From the NCBI GenBank assembly GCA_038062115.1, contig JBBTXS010000009.1, positions 91,681 through 155,680 of the forward strand: a DNA stretch of 64,000 nucleotides. Direction: 5' to 3'. The position numbers and the translations under genes were made by a program. This document shows positions 18,367-28,123 of this stretch, piece after piece. The notes below the pieces were generated by a model. It was not told the origin of the DNA, made no database searches, and saw only the letters and a list, made by a program, of their open reading frames with translations. Position 1 is the first letter of the stretch; each line of letters begins with the position of its first letter. The stretch is from Patescibacteria group bacterium. Lineage in GTDB: Bacteria; Patescibacteriota; Microgenomatia; Levybacterales; UBA12049.

Positions 18367-19134
18367 TTATTGGGTCAAAATCATTGGCATATCTTTAGTA
18401 ATAGCAACTGTTCTTTCAAAAAGTCCAGAAAGACTTCCATCCTTTGTTTTAATTGTCCATCCATCATCGTTTGAGTAAACCACATCTGGTTTTCCCATGT
18501 TATAAATAACCTCAATTGCAATTACCATTTCCGCAAGAAGCTTGGGTGTATTTTCTACACTGCCAGCAAGAAAACCTGGAACCTCTGGCTCTTCATGCAG
18601 ACTCTTCCCAACCCCATGCCCTACAAGCGATCTAACCACAGAATATCCTTGTCCTTCTATAATTTTTTGGATATTCTTAGATATATGTCCTATCCTATTT
18701 CCAACTTTCGCAACATTGATCGCCTCCATCAAAGCCCTTTTCCCAGTTTCCAAAAACCTATAAACCTTATCTTCCTTTATCCTTAATCCTTTATCCTTAA
18801 TCCTTATTGTTTCCGCCATATCCGTATAGTAACCCTTGTAATACACTCCACAATCAATTCCAATAATATCTCCTTCTTTTAATTGGTATTTTGTTGGGAT
18901 GCCATGAACTACGACATCGTTAGTTGAGGTACATATTGCATGACAATATCCTTTAACTTTTTTAAATCCAGGCTCTGCTCCCTTTTCTTTTATCAACCTT
19001 TCCGCTAGGCTATCTAATTCAATCTCCGTAACGCCACTTTTTGCATGTTCCGAAACCTCAAACAAAACTTCTGCCAATATTTTTCCGCCTTGCCACATTA
19101 TCTCAATTTCTTTTTCGGTCTTTATGTCAATCAT
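18367..19134 (-). CDS. map: Methionine aminopeptidase type I
   Basis: VVHGIP, DIIGIDCG, GHGVGKSLHEEP and an EVIY-type pattern. Carries an in-frame CCTT(T)A(A)T repeat insertion (IKDKGLRIKEDK). Confidence 0.95.
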   Translation of the reverse strand: MIDIKTEKEIEIMWQGGKILAEVLFEVSEHAKSGVTEIELDSLAERLIKEKGAEPGFKKVKGYCHAICTSTNDVVVHGIPTKYQLKEGDIIGIDCGVYYKGYYTDMAETIRIKDKGLRIKEDKVYRFLETGKRALMEAINVAKVGNRIGHISKNIQKIIEGQGYSVVRSLVGHGVGKSLHEEPEVPGFLAGSVENTPKLLAEMVIAIEVIYNMGKPDVVYSNDDGWTIKTKDGSLSGLFERTVAITKDMPMILTQ

Positions 19135-19688
19135 GCATCTATCCCAAGGCGTTTAAGCAGTTTGTCTACCTCTCTATGTAATTCTTTTATGTCGTCCCCA
19201 TTATTAACAATAATATAATCTGCAATTGCTATTGGGCCTCCTTTATCGAGCTCTTCAAGTTCGGCAATATCTCTTCCTCTTGCTTCTTTAAGGGATAAAG
19301 GTCTTATTGCTCGTTTAGACAATCTTTCGTACCTCTTGGGCGGTTCTGCAAAAACATGTATCAGTATTAGACTAAGTAACTCTTTCTTTAAAAAAGTATA
19401 TTCCTCCCATGAATAAAGTCCGTCAAGCACTATCACATCGTGATCTTTAAGAAGCTTGTCTATTCTTGGCTTCATTTTTATGGCGTATGCTGCCATTCCA
19501 AGTTCTTGACGAAGCTTCTCCCTTACCATTCTTTCGTTTTCCTGAATAAGAGGTAAGCCTAAGGTACTGATGGTCTCATCTGTTATTTGTCCAAATCTAG
19601 CAAACGGAATATTTTTTGTTTCAAGATATTTTGTTGCTTCTGTCTTTCCCGCACCAGCCATTCCCACAATTGCAATTATTTTATTCAT
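19131..19688 (-). CDS. P-loop nucleotide/nucleoside kinase-like protein (resembles archaeal UPF0200 / dephospho-CoA-kinase-like family)
   Basis: Walker A IVGMAGAGKTE. The pattern VLDGLYSWEEY...RYERLSKR...RDIAELE..GGPIAIADYIIVNNG is recalled from archaeal UPF0200 proteins. Family assignment is from memory only. Confidence 0.55.
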   Translation of the reverse strand: MNKIIAIVGMAGAGKTEATKYLETKNIPFARFGQITDETISTLGLPLIQENERMVREKLRQELGMAAYAIKMKPRIDKLLKDHDVIVLDGLYSWEEYTFLKKELLSLILIHVFAEPPKRYERLSKRAIRPLSLKEARGRDIAELEELDKGGPIAIADYIIVNNGDDIKELHREVDKLLKRLGIDA

Positions 19689-20230
19689 GCTCTAACTTTA
19701 ATTTTCCTCAAAATCTCCTTATGTACTTCTTCAACTTTTTTCTCTCCATCAACCTCTACCAAAATTCCTTTTTTGCGATAGTAACCTAATACTGGCTCTG
19801 TAAGTTTGTGAAAAAGTTCAATTCGCTTTCTAATTGCAGCAAGAGTTTCATCGTCTCTTACATCTCCATTTCTGTAAGAAAGGCGCCATAAAGCTTCCTT
19901 ATCAGAAACCTTAAAATAGACAACTTTATCTAAACCATTCTTAAAAGCTTTTGCTTGAACAATAGTCCTTGGAAATCCATCTAAAATATACCCCTTCTCA
20001 TATTCTGAACGCTTAAGATATTCACTTACTATGGCAATAGTTTTTTTGTCTGGAATAAGATATCCAGCATTCATTACTTCTTTAATATATCGCCCAAGAG
20101 AAGTATGTTCTTTGGACAAGTTTCTAAAGATATGACCAGTAGAAAGATATGGTATTTTTAACTTGTTTGACAATAAATTACCCTGCGTTGATTTTCCAGC
20201 TCCCTGTATGCCGATTAAAATTATTTTCAT
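19685..20230 (-). CDS. adk: Adenylate kinase (short, no zinc lid)
   Basis: [17 protein letters not shown]...YLSTGHIFR...ILDGFPRT. Confidence 0.93.
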   Translation of the reverse strand: MKIILIGIQGAGKSTQGNLLSNKLKIPYLSTGHIFRNLSKEHTSLGRYIKEVMNAGYLIPDKKTIAIVSEYLKRSEYEKGYILDGFPRTIVQAKAFKNGLDKVVYFKVSDKEALWRLSYRNGDVRDDETLAAIRKRIELFHKLTEPVLGYYRKKGILVEVDGEKKVEEVHKEILRKIKVRA

Positions 20231-21513
20231 TTACTGAATCCTTCGTAACTTCTCATTACCAACTGCGCTTCAATTGCCTTAATTGTTTCCAATACCACAG
20301 AAACCACAATTAAAATTCCAGTTCCTCCCAAAATGAGTGTTTGAACATTTGTAAAAGTTTTTGCAATACTTGGGAATATAGCAATAATACCAAGAAAAAT
20401 TGCTCCAGCCAAGGTGATGCGAGTTAAGATATAATTTAAATAACCTGCTGTTGGGCTTCCTGGCCTAATCCCTGGAATAAAACCTCCATATTTTTGTATT
20501 TCTCCAGCGATTTTTTTTGGATTAAAAATAACTGCTGTATAAAAATATGTAAATCCAACCACTAGTAGAAAATATAAAATATTATAAAAAATACCATCTG
20601 GATTAAGCAATAGCGAAATTGATGTTGCAATTTTATTAAGAACAATATTTTTTGACGCTGTCAAATAATTGGCAACAAGGGAAGGAACAAGAACTAAAGA
20701 CACAGCAAATATAATAGGAATCACTCCTGCTTGATTAACCCTAAGGGGAAGATGGGTTGATTGCCCCCCATACATTTTGTTTCCTCTTACTCTTTTTGCA
20801 TAATAAACAGTAATTTGTCTTGTCGCTTCATTAATTAAAACTATTGATGCAATCACTACAAGTCCCATCACAAAAAACGTAATTATATTAAAAAAATTAG
20901 CTGCAGTTGTAGTTACTAAGGTTTGGCCAAAAACAACAGGCACTCTTCCAACAATTCCAGCAAAAATAAGAAGCGATATCCCATTACCAACTCCTTTTTG
21001 GGTAATTAGCTCTCCAAGCCAAACCAAAAGCATTGTTCCGGCAGTCATTGTTGCCAAAAGAGATATAAGCTCAATTGGCGCTAGATTAGAAATAATCCTT
21101 TGGCTATTGAGTAAAGCATACATACCAACTGCCTGAAGCACTGCAAGAGGAACAGTTAGCATCCTTGTGTATTGGTTGATTTTTTGTCTGCCCATCTCGC
21201 CTTCTTTTGATAATGCCTCAAGTTTTGGAAAAACAAGGGTTAAAAGCTGCAAAATTATAGAAGCATTGATATATGGATTAAGTCCTAAAGCCATAATCGA
21301 AAAATTAGCAAGCGTTCCTCCCGAAAATATATCAAGTAGTCCCAAAAACTGATTCTCAGAAAAGAGGGTCTTTAATGCGGCTACATTTACTCCAGCAACT
21401 GGTATATGAGCAAATATTCTAAAAACTACAAATATTAAGCTCGTAAATAAAATTTTTTTTCTTACCTCAGGTGAAGCGATGCTGTTTCTAAAAACTCCTA
21501 GGATGTTATTCAT
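20227..21513 (-). CDS. secY: Preprotein translocase subunit SecY
   Basis: 428 aa with about 10 TM segments. Motifs: [16 protein letters not shown] and [11 protein letters not shown]. Confidence 0.97.
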   Translation of the reverse strand: MNNILGVFRNSIASPEVRKKILFTSLIFVVFRIFAHIPVAGVNVAALKTLFSENQFLGLLDIFSGGTLANFSIMALGLNPYINASIILQLLTLVFPKLEALSKEGEMGRQKINQYTRMLTVPLAVLQAVGMYALLNSQRIISNLAPIELISLLATMTAGTMLLVWLGELITQKGVGNGISLLIFAGIVGRVPVVFGQTLVTTTAANFFNIITFFVMGLVVIASIVLINEATRQITVYYAKRVRGNKMYGGQSTHLPLRVNQAGVIPIIFAVSLVLVPSLVANYLTASKNIVLNKIATSISLLLNPDGIFYNILYFLLVVGFTYFYTAVIFNPKKIAGEIQKYGGFIPGIRPGSPTAGYLNYILTRITLAGAIFLGIIAIFPSIAKTFTNVQTLILGGTGILIVVSVVLETIKAIEAQLVMRSYEGFSK

Positions 21514-21953
21514 ACATGCTCTATTTTACCACCAATTTTTTCAACCTTTAAAACTGCCCTTTTTGAAATTGGCAATCTTATGGTTAAAGGAATCAAGATT
21601 TCCCCATCGCCCAAAATTTTAACCCCATACATTTTTGCATCTTTTTCGCAAACTTTTCTTTTTTTAATTAGAGTTTCAATATCGACAATGCTGTCTTTTT
21701 TAAGAAGATTTAATAGCTTTAAATTTACAATTATTGGCTTTTTTTTAAATGCTTTATTCTTACCTTTGCCCCTCATAAAGGGAAGCCTCTTTATAAGAGG
21801 CAATGCTCCGCCCTCAAAATCAATTGGAATTTTGTTTCGGGCTTTCTGCCCTTTTGTTCCCCGTCCTGCTGTTTTACCGCGCCCTGACCCATGACCCTGG
21901 CCCAAACGCTTTTGACTTCTTTTTGTAATTTTTGTTAACGAATAAAGCTCCAT
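21510..21953 (-). CDS. rplO: 50S ribosomal protein L15
   Basis: [24 protein letters not shown]...[13 protein letters not shown]. Confidence 0.95.
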   Translation of the reverse strand: MELYSLTKITKRSQKRLGQGHGSGRGKTAGRGTKGQKARNKIPIDFEGGALPLIKRLPFMRGKGKNKAFKKKPIIVNLKLLNLLKKDSIVDIETLIKKRKVCEKDAKMYGVKILGDGEILIPLTIRLPISKRAVLKVEKIGGKIEHV

Positions 21954-21956
21954 ATT

Positions 21957-22424
21957 TTAATCCAAAGTTTTTGATTGTTTAAGTTTTTTATATCTATAAG
22001 ATATCCTGCTTAGTGCTTCCATGGTTGCATAAACGTTGCTCGCTTGATTTTTTGTTCCTAAAACTTTAGACGAAATATTTTCTATTCCGCAAGCACTAAC
22101 AACACTTCTTACTGCTCCCCCCGCAATAACTCCGCTCCCAATTGGGGCTGGCTTGAGCATTACTCGTGCAGCACCTAACTTAACATTGATAGCAAATGGG
22201 ATTGTCCCATTTACTATTGGGATTTCTATCATATGTTTTTTTGCAAAGCTAACTGCTTTTTTGATTGCCGAAGATACATCAGCAGCTTTTCCAAGACCAA
22301 CACCAACTCGTCCTTTTTTATCACCAACCACTACCAATGTAGAAAAACCAATTTTATTTCCACCCTTAGTTTTCTTAGAGACCCTATTTACCTGAACAAT
22401 CTTTTCTTCAAATCCGCTATCCAT
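21957..22424 (-). CDS. rpsE: 30S ribosomal protein S5
   Basis: VNRVSKKTKGGNKIGFSTLVVVGD..GRVGVGLGKA. Confidence 0.96.
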   Translation of the reverse strand: MDSGFEEKIVQVNRVSKKTKGGNKIGFSTLVVVGDKKGRVGVGLGKAADVSSAIKKAVSFAKKHMIEIPIVNGTIPFAINVKLGAARVMLKPAPIGSGVIAGGAVRSVVSACGIENISSKVLGTKNQASNVYATMEALSRISYRYKKLKQSKTLD

Positions 22425-22771
22425 TAGAACTTTAACCCTCCTTTTCTTGCTGTTTCTGCAAACAAACGCAATCTTCCATGATATGCGTAACTACCACGAT
22501 CAAATATTACATTCTTAATTTTTTTCTGAATTGCTTTTTTTGCCAAAAATAATCCTAATGCCTTAGCGCGTTCTGTCTTCTTTATACCTTTTATATTGTC
22601 TAGATTTTTCTCCGAAACTCCCAAGATAGTTTTCCCTTTTTCATCGTCTATAAGTTGGGCATAAATATATCTGTTTGATCTAAAAACAGATAATCTTGGT
22701 CTATCTTTCCGACCTGTGATTTTTGATCTAACCCTGACCCGCCTTCTTAGTTTTTGTTTAATTTTATTCAT
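22424..22771 (-). CDS. rplR: 50S ribosomal protein L18
   Basis: RPRLSVFRSNRYIYAQLIDD...FDRGSYAYHGRLRLFAETARKGGLKF. Confidence 0.96.
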   Translation of the reverse strand: MNKIKQKLRRRVRVRSKITGRKDRPRLSVFRSNRYIYAQLIDDEKGKTILGVSEKNLDNIKGIKKTERAKALGLFLAKKAIQKKIKNVIFDRGSYAYHGRLRLFAETARKGGLKF

Positions 22772-22776
22772 AATTA

Positions 22777-23331
22777 TTACTTAGCTGAAGATCCAATGGC
22801 TTTAGCAGCCTTTCCAGCCTTTCTCCTAATTATCTCATCTTTATATCTTATACCTTTGCCTTTATAAGGTTCTGGTGGCTTGACTTCTCTAATTTTGGAA
22901 GCAGTATTTCCAACCAGGGTTTTATCTATTCCAGAAACCGTTATTATATTATCTGAAACCGAATAAGTTATTCCCTCTTTCTCTGGAATTTTAACAGGAT
23001 GAGAAAAACCTATAGACAATATAATATCTTTCCCAGACAACGATGCCCTGTACCCAACTCCAGATAGTTCAAGCTTTTTTTCAAAACCAGTAGATACACC
23101 TGTTACCATATTGGCAATTGTTGCCCTAGTTAAACCCAAGACTTCGTTTTTATCTTCGTCTTTCTCTTTTGGCATTACTTGTAAGCGATCATCAACAATT
23201 TTTACACCAACACCTATAGGAATTTTAAAAGTAAGAACTCCTTTTGGGCCGCTAACTTTAATATTATCATTCTCAAAAGAAACCAAGACGCCTTCTTTTA
23301 TGCCAACTGGAACTCTCGAAAGTTTTGACAT
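22777..23331 (-). CDS. rplF: 50S ribosomal protein L6
   Basis: SRVPVGIKEGV...GVGYRA...PEPYKGKGIRYKDE. Confidence 0.96.
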   Translation of the reverse strand: MSKLSRVPVGIKEGVLVSFENDNIKVSGPKGVLTFKIPIGVGVKIVDDRLQVMPKEKDEDKNEVLGLTRATIANMVTGVSTGFEKKLELSGVGYRASLSGKDIILSIGFSHPVKIPEKEGITYSVSDNIITVSGIDKTLVGNTASKIREVKPPEPYKGKGIRYKDEIIRRKAGKAAKAIGSSAK

Positions 23332-23333
23332 AT

Positions 23334-23726
23334 TTATAATATCTTAAAAAGAACCTCCCCTCCAACCCCTTTTCTATATGCATCGCTACCCAGCATAATT
23401 CCCCGACTTGTCGAGATGACTATTGTATTCATGCCTTTCTTTTGAATTTCTGGTATGTTTTTTGCACTAGCATAAACTCGAAGAGATGGTTTAGATATTA
23501 TGTTTACATCCGATATAGCTGGACTTCTTTTATCAAATTTAACAGTCGCTTCCAAAACTTTTCTACCCTCAACCTTTTCTTCTTTTATACTTTTTAAGAA
23601 TCCACCTTTTACCAAAACATTACCGATTTCTTTAACCACTTTACTATAAGGCATAATAACTTTCCTTCTTCGAGAAAAAGAGGCATTTTTAATTCTAATA
23701 ATAAAATCTGCAATTTGATAATCCAT
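23334..23726 (-). CDS. rpsH: 30S ribosomal protein S8
   Basis: MDYQIADFIIRIKNA... The ORF-track N-terminus (MVVLRQAQGTLT) reads into a palindromic-repeat fragment, so the start is set at 23726. Confidence 0.93.
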   Translation of the reverse strand: MDYQIADFIIRIKNASFSRRRKVIMPYSKVVKEIGNVLVKGGFLKSIKEEKVEGRKVLEATVKFDKRSPAISDVNIISKPSLRVYASAKNIPEIQKKGMNTIVISTSRGIMLGSDAYRKGVGGEVLFKIL

Positions 23727-23755
23727 AGTAAGTGTACCCTGAGCCTGTCGAAGGA

Positions 23756-23941
23756 CTACCAAGAGGCTTTAGTAACTCCTGGTAATTCGCCTTTTATCGC
23801 TAGCTCTCTAAAGCATAATCTACATAATCCAAAGCGTCCCATATAACTTCTTGCTCGCCCACATAAATTACAACGGTTTCTTTGACGAACCTTATATTTT
23901 TGTTTTCTCTTAAATTTTACTATGCTAGACACTTTAGCCAT
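23756..23941 (-). CDS. rpsN: 30S ribosomal protein S14, type Z (zinc-binding)
   Basis: 61 aa: CNLCGRARSYMGRFGLCRLCFRE. Confidence 0.95.
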   Translation of the reverse strand: MAKVSSIVKFKRKQKYKVRQRNRCNLCGRARSYMGRFGLCRLCFRELAIKGELPGVTKASW

Positions 23942-23944
23942 ATA

Positions 23945-24484
23945 TTAAAAAGCAAACGGCATGCCCAAAGCTTTGAGTAGGGCATAGCCTTCTTTATTGC
24001 TTCTTGCTGTTGTTACAATACTAATTTCTAAGCCTTGTATTCTATCAACTTTTCCAGGATCTATCTCGGGAAAAACAGTACTTTCCAAAAGACCCAATGT
24101 GTAATTTCCATGTCCATCAAAACTCTCTTTTTTTACACCATGAAAGTCTCTAAATCTCGGCAAAATGATCGCTACCAACTTTGTAAAAAAATCATACATT
24201 TTTTTACCTCTTAGCGTTACCATAAGACCTATTTGATCACCTTGTCTTAGTTTGAAACCAGAAATGGCTTTTTTTGCAATTGTTACCTTTGGTCTCTGTC
24301 CAGTAATAAGAGTCAGGATTGCATTTGCTTTCTCTATATTTTTTTTATCATTTAGAGCATCTTTTACTCCCATGTTAACAACTATTTTAGAAATGACTGG
24401 AACAGCCATTGGGTTTTTTAATCCAAGCGTTTTTTGTAATTCTTGTAAGCTTTTTGTTTTAAATACATTCTTAACACTATCCAT
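23945..24484 (-). CDS. rplE: 50S ribosomal protein L5
   Basis: NPMAVPVISKIVVNMGV...ITGQRP...FDGHGNYTLG. Confidence 0.96.
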   Translation of the reverse strand: MDSVKNVFKTKSLQELQKTLGLKNPMAVPVISKIVVNMGVKDALNDKKNIEKANAILTLITGQRPKVTIAKKAISGFKLRQGDQIGLMVTLRGKKMYDFFTKLVAIILPRFRDFHGVKKESFDGHGNYTLGLLESTVFPEIDPGKVDRIQGLEISIVTTARSNKEGYALLKALGMPFAF

Positions 24485-24490
24485 AGTTTT

Positions 24491-24793
24491 TTATACTGTT
24501 TTTTCGCATTTTTTACAAATTCGAATTTTTTGGTCACCTTCAACCCTAAACCCAACTCGTGTGGGCAATTTACACTCTGGACAGATAAGAGCAACATTAT
24601 AAATAGGCAAAGGCTTTGTTATGGTAATAATTTTAGACTGTTGTTTTTCTGATCTTCTCTTTAAATGCCTTTTATACTGATTAACATTGGCAATTAAAAC
24701 TTTAGTCTTAGAAACTACCCTTTCTATTTTTCCAGTTTTACCTTTATCTTTCCCTTTTATTACTCTTACCTCGTCTCCTTTCGTGAGCTTCAT
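24491..24793 (-). CDS. rplX: 50S ribosomal protein L24 with C-terminal CxxC...CxxC knuckle
   Basis: KOW motif KGDEVRVIKGKDKGKTGKI. C-terminal CPECKLPTRVGFRVEGDQKIRICKKCEK. Confidence 0.93.
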   Translation of the reverse strand: MKLTKGDEVRVIKGKDKGKTGKIERVVSKTKVLIANVNQYKRHLKRRSEKQQSKIITITKPLPIYNVALICPECKLPTRVGFRVEGDQKIRICKKCEKTV

Positions 24794-24795
24794 AA

Positions 24796-25170
24796 TTATA
24801 GTATCTCCTCTGCCATGCTCGCAATCTTTGTAAATCCTTTATCCTTTACCTCTCTTGCAATAGGTCCGAAAATCCTAGTTGCTCGTGGGTTTTTATCCTT
24901 TGGATTATCGATTATAACACCAGCATTATCCGAAAACTTAATAAACGAACCGTCTTTTCTTCCATTTTCTTTTTTTGTTCTAACAAGTACCACCTTTACA
25001 ATTTCGCTATCTTTAACTTGGCCTGTTGGAATTGCCTCTTTAACAACGCAATTCAAAACATCTCCTACATATCCAAACCTTCTTTTTGATCCGCCAAAAA
25101 TATGAATAACCATCAATGATTTTGCTCCACTATTATCGGCAGAGCGCAAAATTGTTCTATGCTGAACCAT
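24796..25170 (-). CDS. rplN: 50S ribosomal protein L14
   Basis: MVQHRTILRSADNSGAK...RIFGPIAREV. Confidence 0.97.
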   Translation of the reverse strand: MVQHRTILRSADNSGAKSLMVIHIFGGSKRRFGYVGDVLNCVVKEAIPTGQVKDSEIVKVVLVRTKKENGRKDGSFIKFSDNAGVIIDNPKDKNPRATRIFGPIAREVKDKGFTKIASMAEEIL

Positions 25171-25402
25171 CTTGTATTACCTCCATTATCTTAAAGTGTT
25201 TATCTTTTGAGATTGGTTTTGTTTCAACAATCTTAACCCTGTCTCCTAAATTTGGAGAAAAACTTCCATTATCTGCCTTGATTTTTTTGTCTATTTTTAT
25301 AAGCTTTTTATAAATTGGGTGGGTTGTTTTAGACGTAATATTAACAACCACAGTTTTTACCATCTTATTCGAAACAATTATTCCTTCAAATATTTTTTTC
25401 AT
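25157..25402 (-). CDS. rpsQ: 30S ribosomal protein S17
   Basis: GIIVSNKMVKTVVV...HPIYKK...GDRVKIVETKPISKDK. Confidence 0.95.
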   Translation of the reverse strand: MKKIFEGIIVSNKMVKTVVVNITSKTTHPIYKKLIKIDKKIKADNGSFSPNLGDRVKIVETKPISKDKHFKIMEVIQDGSA

Positions 25403-25403
25403 A

Positions 25404-25616
25404 TTATAAAGATTTTTCCACCAACTCTTTTTCTCGAATTAATGTTAATATTAAGGCAATTTCTTTTCTTTTTAAGAAAATTGATCTTGTATTTTTAAGC
25501 TTATTTTGCGCTTTATCAAGTTTTAATAAAAATAATTCATTTCTTGCTTTCTCAAGCAAATTTTTTAACTCTTTTAAACTATTTGTTCTAAACGTTTGTT
25601 TATCTTTTAGCTTCAA
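25404..25616 (-). CDS. rpmC: 50S ribosomal protein L29
   Basis: 70 aa helical protein: ELKNLLEKARNELFLLKL. Position between rplP and rpsQ. Confidence 0.9.
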   Translation of the reverse strand: MKLKDKQTFRTNSLKELKNLLEKARNELFLLKLDKAQNKLKNTRSIFLKRKEIALILTLIREKELVEKSL

Positions 25617-25618
25617 AT

Positions 25619-26029
25619 CTAATCTCCCTTCGCAACAATTCTTGTCTTTACAGGCAGCTTGTAAGAAGCAAGTCTTAAAGCGCTATATGCTATATCTTTT
25701 GTAACCCCACCCATTTCAAACAACATCCGTCCTTTCTTAACTGGCGCAACAAACTCGAATACGTCTCCTTTGCCCCCGCCCATTCTGGTTTCAGCGGGCT
25801 TTTTGGTAATTGGTTTATGCGAAAAAATCCTTATCCAAAGTCTTCCGCCACGCTTCGTATAATGAGTAATAGCACGCCTAGCAGCTTCTATTTGCCTGCT
25901 TGTAATCCTAGCTTTCCCAAGAGACAAAAGACCATACTCTCCAAAGGAGATTCTTGTACCGCTTTGTGCGTTACCTCTTATTACCCCCTTAAATGCTTTT
26001 CTAAATTTTGCTCTTTTTGGTACAAGCAT
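25619..26029 (-). CDS. rplP: 50S ribosomal protein L16
   Basis: [15 protein letters not shown]...[15 protein letters not shown]...ETRMGGGKG. Confidence 0.97.
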   Translation of the reverse strand: MLVPKRAKFRKAFKGVIRGNAQSGTRISFGEYGLLSLGKARITSRQIEAARRAITHYTKRGGRLWIRIFSHKPITKKPAETRMGGGKGDVFEFVAPVKKGRMLFEMGGVTKDIAYSALRLASYKLPVKTRIVAKGD

Positions 26030-26061
26030 ATTAGTCTAATTAGACAAATTGGTCTAATGGC

Positions 26062-26721
26062 TCATGGTCTGTTTATCCACACCTTCACTCCTATATACCC
26101 TTTTTTTGTTAGTGCTGGAATACTTGAAAAACTAATGTTTTCTCTAATTGTTGAGAGTGGAAGTTTACCAGCATGCATTTTTTCCGTCCTTCCTATCTCT
26201 GCTCCTCCAACTCTACCTGCAAGAACAATTCTAACTCCTTTTGCGTGAGCACCCATAACTTTTTCAATTGCCGATGTCATAACTCTTCTATGAGGCAGAC
26301 GCTTAACCAGTTGATCAGAAATATTCTTCGCAACCAAATAGGAATCTAAATTCGGCTCTTTTACCGGCTCTATTCTAATATCGATTTTTGGCGCTAGTTT
26401 TGAATTTATTTTGACCGCGTCTGACGCGGTTTTGATATTCAAAACTTTATGTAAAAAAACTTTAAGTGTTTCTAGTCCACTACCGCCGCGTCCAATAACC
26501 ATACCTGGCCTTGCCACATAAACAGTCAATTTAACACTATTAATAGATCTCTCAATTTCAATTTGAGAAACCCCGGCATTTTTCAGCCTTTCCACAAGAG
26601 CGGATCTCACTTTAAAATCTTCGAGTAGATTTTCTTTATATTTTTTGTCTGCAAACCATCGGCTACTCCAATTATACACTGTCCCTAGCCTAAAGAGTTT
26701 TGGATTAACTTTTTGTCCCAT
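26062..26721 (-). CDS. rpsC: 30S ribosomal protein S3
   Basis: MGQKVNPKLFRLG...KH domain...GRVGGAEIGRTE. Confidence 0.97.
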   Translation of the reverse strand: MGQKVNPKLFRLGTVYNWSSRWFADKKYKENLLEDFKVRSALVERLKNAGVSQIEIERSINSVKLTVYVARPGMVIGRGGSGLETLKVFLHKVLNIKTASDAVKINSKLAPKIDIRIEPVKEPNLDSYLVAKNISDQLVKRLPHRRVMTSAIEKVMGAHAKGVRIVLAGRVGGAEIGRTEKMHAGKLPLSTIRENISFSSIPALTKKGYIGVKVWINRP

Positions 26722-27055
26722 AATTTTTTTCCTCCAATACTATTTTTATATGACTACTCCTTTTCTTATAAGGATGCGTTCTTCCTCTTGTTGACGCACG
26801 AAATCTTTTAAGAAACGGTCCCTCTATTACTTCTATTCTTTTAATAAACAATAAATCTTTGTTTTGGTGAGCGTTGTTAACTGCATTTGCCACTGCGCTT
26901 TCTAACAACTTAATTAAAACTGTTGCACTTCGTTTCCTTAAAAGAGTTAGAGTATTAAGTGCTTGTTGTACTGAGTTATTTCGTATAACATCGGCAACCA
27001 ACATTACTTTCCTAGGACTAATTCTCGCAGTTTTACTTTGTGCTACAGTCTCCAT
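26705..27055 (-). CDS. rplV: 50S ribosomal protein L22
   Basis: METVAQSKTARISPRKVMLVADVIR. Start set at the internal Met (27055) so it abuts the rpsS stop. Confidence 0.93.
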   Translation of the reverse strand: METVAQSKTARISPRKVMLVADVIRNNSVQQALNTLTLLRKRSATVLIKLLESAVANAVNNAHQNKDLLFIKRIEVIEGPFLKRFRASTRGRTHPYKKRSSHIKIVLEEKNYGTKS

Positions 27056-27056
27056 A

Positions 27057-27341
27057 TTATGTCTTTGAAACCTCCCTTGCCACAACTCTTCCATGATTTC
27101 TAAATGTGCGGGTTGGAGCAAATTCTCCTAGTCGATGTCCAACCATTGTCTCTGTAATAAACACATTAACAAATATCCGACCATTATGAACAGTAAAAGT
27201 ATGACCAACAAATAGAGGCGCAATTTGTGATGCTCTTGCCCATGTTTTTATGGCACTTTTTTCTCCAGTTTGTTTTTGTCTTAGTACCTTTTTTAGTAAT
27301 TTTGGGTCTACAAATGGACCTTTTTTTGATGAACGAGCCAT
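27057..27341 (-). CDS. rpsS: 30S ribosomal protein S19
   Basis: [12 protein letters not shown]...[10 protein letters not shown]...[12 protein letters not shown]. Confidence 0.97.
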   Translation of the reverse strand: MARSSKKGPFVDPKLLKKVLRQKQTGEKSAIKTWARASQIAPLFVGHTFTVHNGRIFVNVFITETMVGHRLGEFAPTRTFRNHGRVVAREVSKT

Positions 27342-27343
27342 AC

Positions 27344-28084
27344 TTATTTCTTCCTCCGCTGTATTATATATTTATTTGAATATTTTTTCTTATTCCTTGT
27401 CTTTCCAACAGCTGGCCGTCCTGCATATGTCTTAGGAGTTGACATGCCAATTCCACTTCTGCCTTCTCCTCCTCCATGAGGGTGAGATCTTGGATTCTGA
27501 GCAACTCCTCGAACAACAGGACGGATTCCCATATGTCTTTTTCTGCCAGCATTCCCCATAACTTCATTTTTCCACTCAATATTTCCAACTGTTCCAACAG
27601 TTGCAAAACCTTCCCCTCTAACTTTTCTTAGTTCTCCCGATGGAAGCCTTAGGTGAACAAGTTCTCCTTCTTTTGCCGAAACTGTAGCATAGCTACCAGC
27701 ACCTCTTGCAAGTTGAGCTCCACGGCCTGGCGTCAACTCAACGCTATGAACAACGGTACCAAGCGGTAAAACATTAAGAGGGAGAGAATTGCCAATTTTA
27801 ATCTCTACGTCTTTGCCTCTTTTTATAGTATCGTTTATATTTAATCCAACTGGTCTTAAAATGTATCGCCTTTCTCCATCGCTGTATTGAATAAGAGCAA
27901 GTGTCGCTGTTCTATTGGGATCGTACTCAATTGCCACAACTCTTCCCTCAATGCCTATTTTATTGCGCTTAAAATCAATAACCCTATAATAGCGTTTATG
28001 CTCTCCACCTTGGTGTCGAACAGAAACACTTCCGCTTGAATCTCGTCCCGAATGTTTCTTTTTGATGATTCTTAATTTTCTCAT
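27344..28084 (-). CDS. rplB: 50S ribosomal protein L2 (N-terminally short, 246 aa)
   Basis: [19 protein letters not shown]...[32 protein letters not shown]. Confidence 0.95.
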   Translation of the reverse strand: MRKLRIIKKKHSGRDSSGSVSVRHQGGEHKRYYRVIDFKRNKIGIEGRVVAIEYDPNRTATLALIQYSDGERRYILRPVGLNINDTIKRGKDVEIKIGNSLPLNVLPLGTVVHSVELTPGRGAQLARGAGSYATVSAKEGELVHLRLPSGELRKVRGEGFATVGTVGNIEWKNEVMGNAGRKRHMGIRPVVRGVAQNPRSHPHGGGEGRSGIGMSTPKTYAGRPAVGKTRNKKKYSNKYIIQRRKK

Positions 28085-28123
28085 ATCCTTAATTCTGAAT
28101 TCTAAATTCTGAATTCTGAATTT

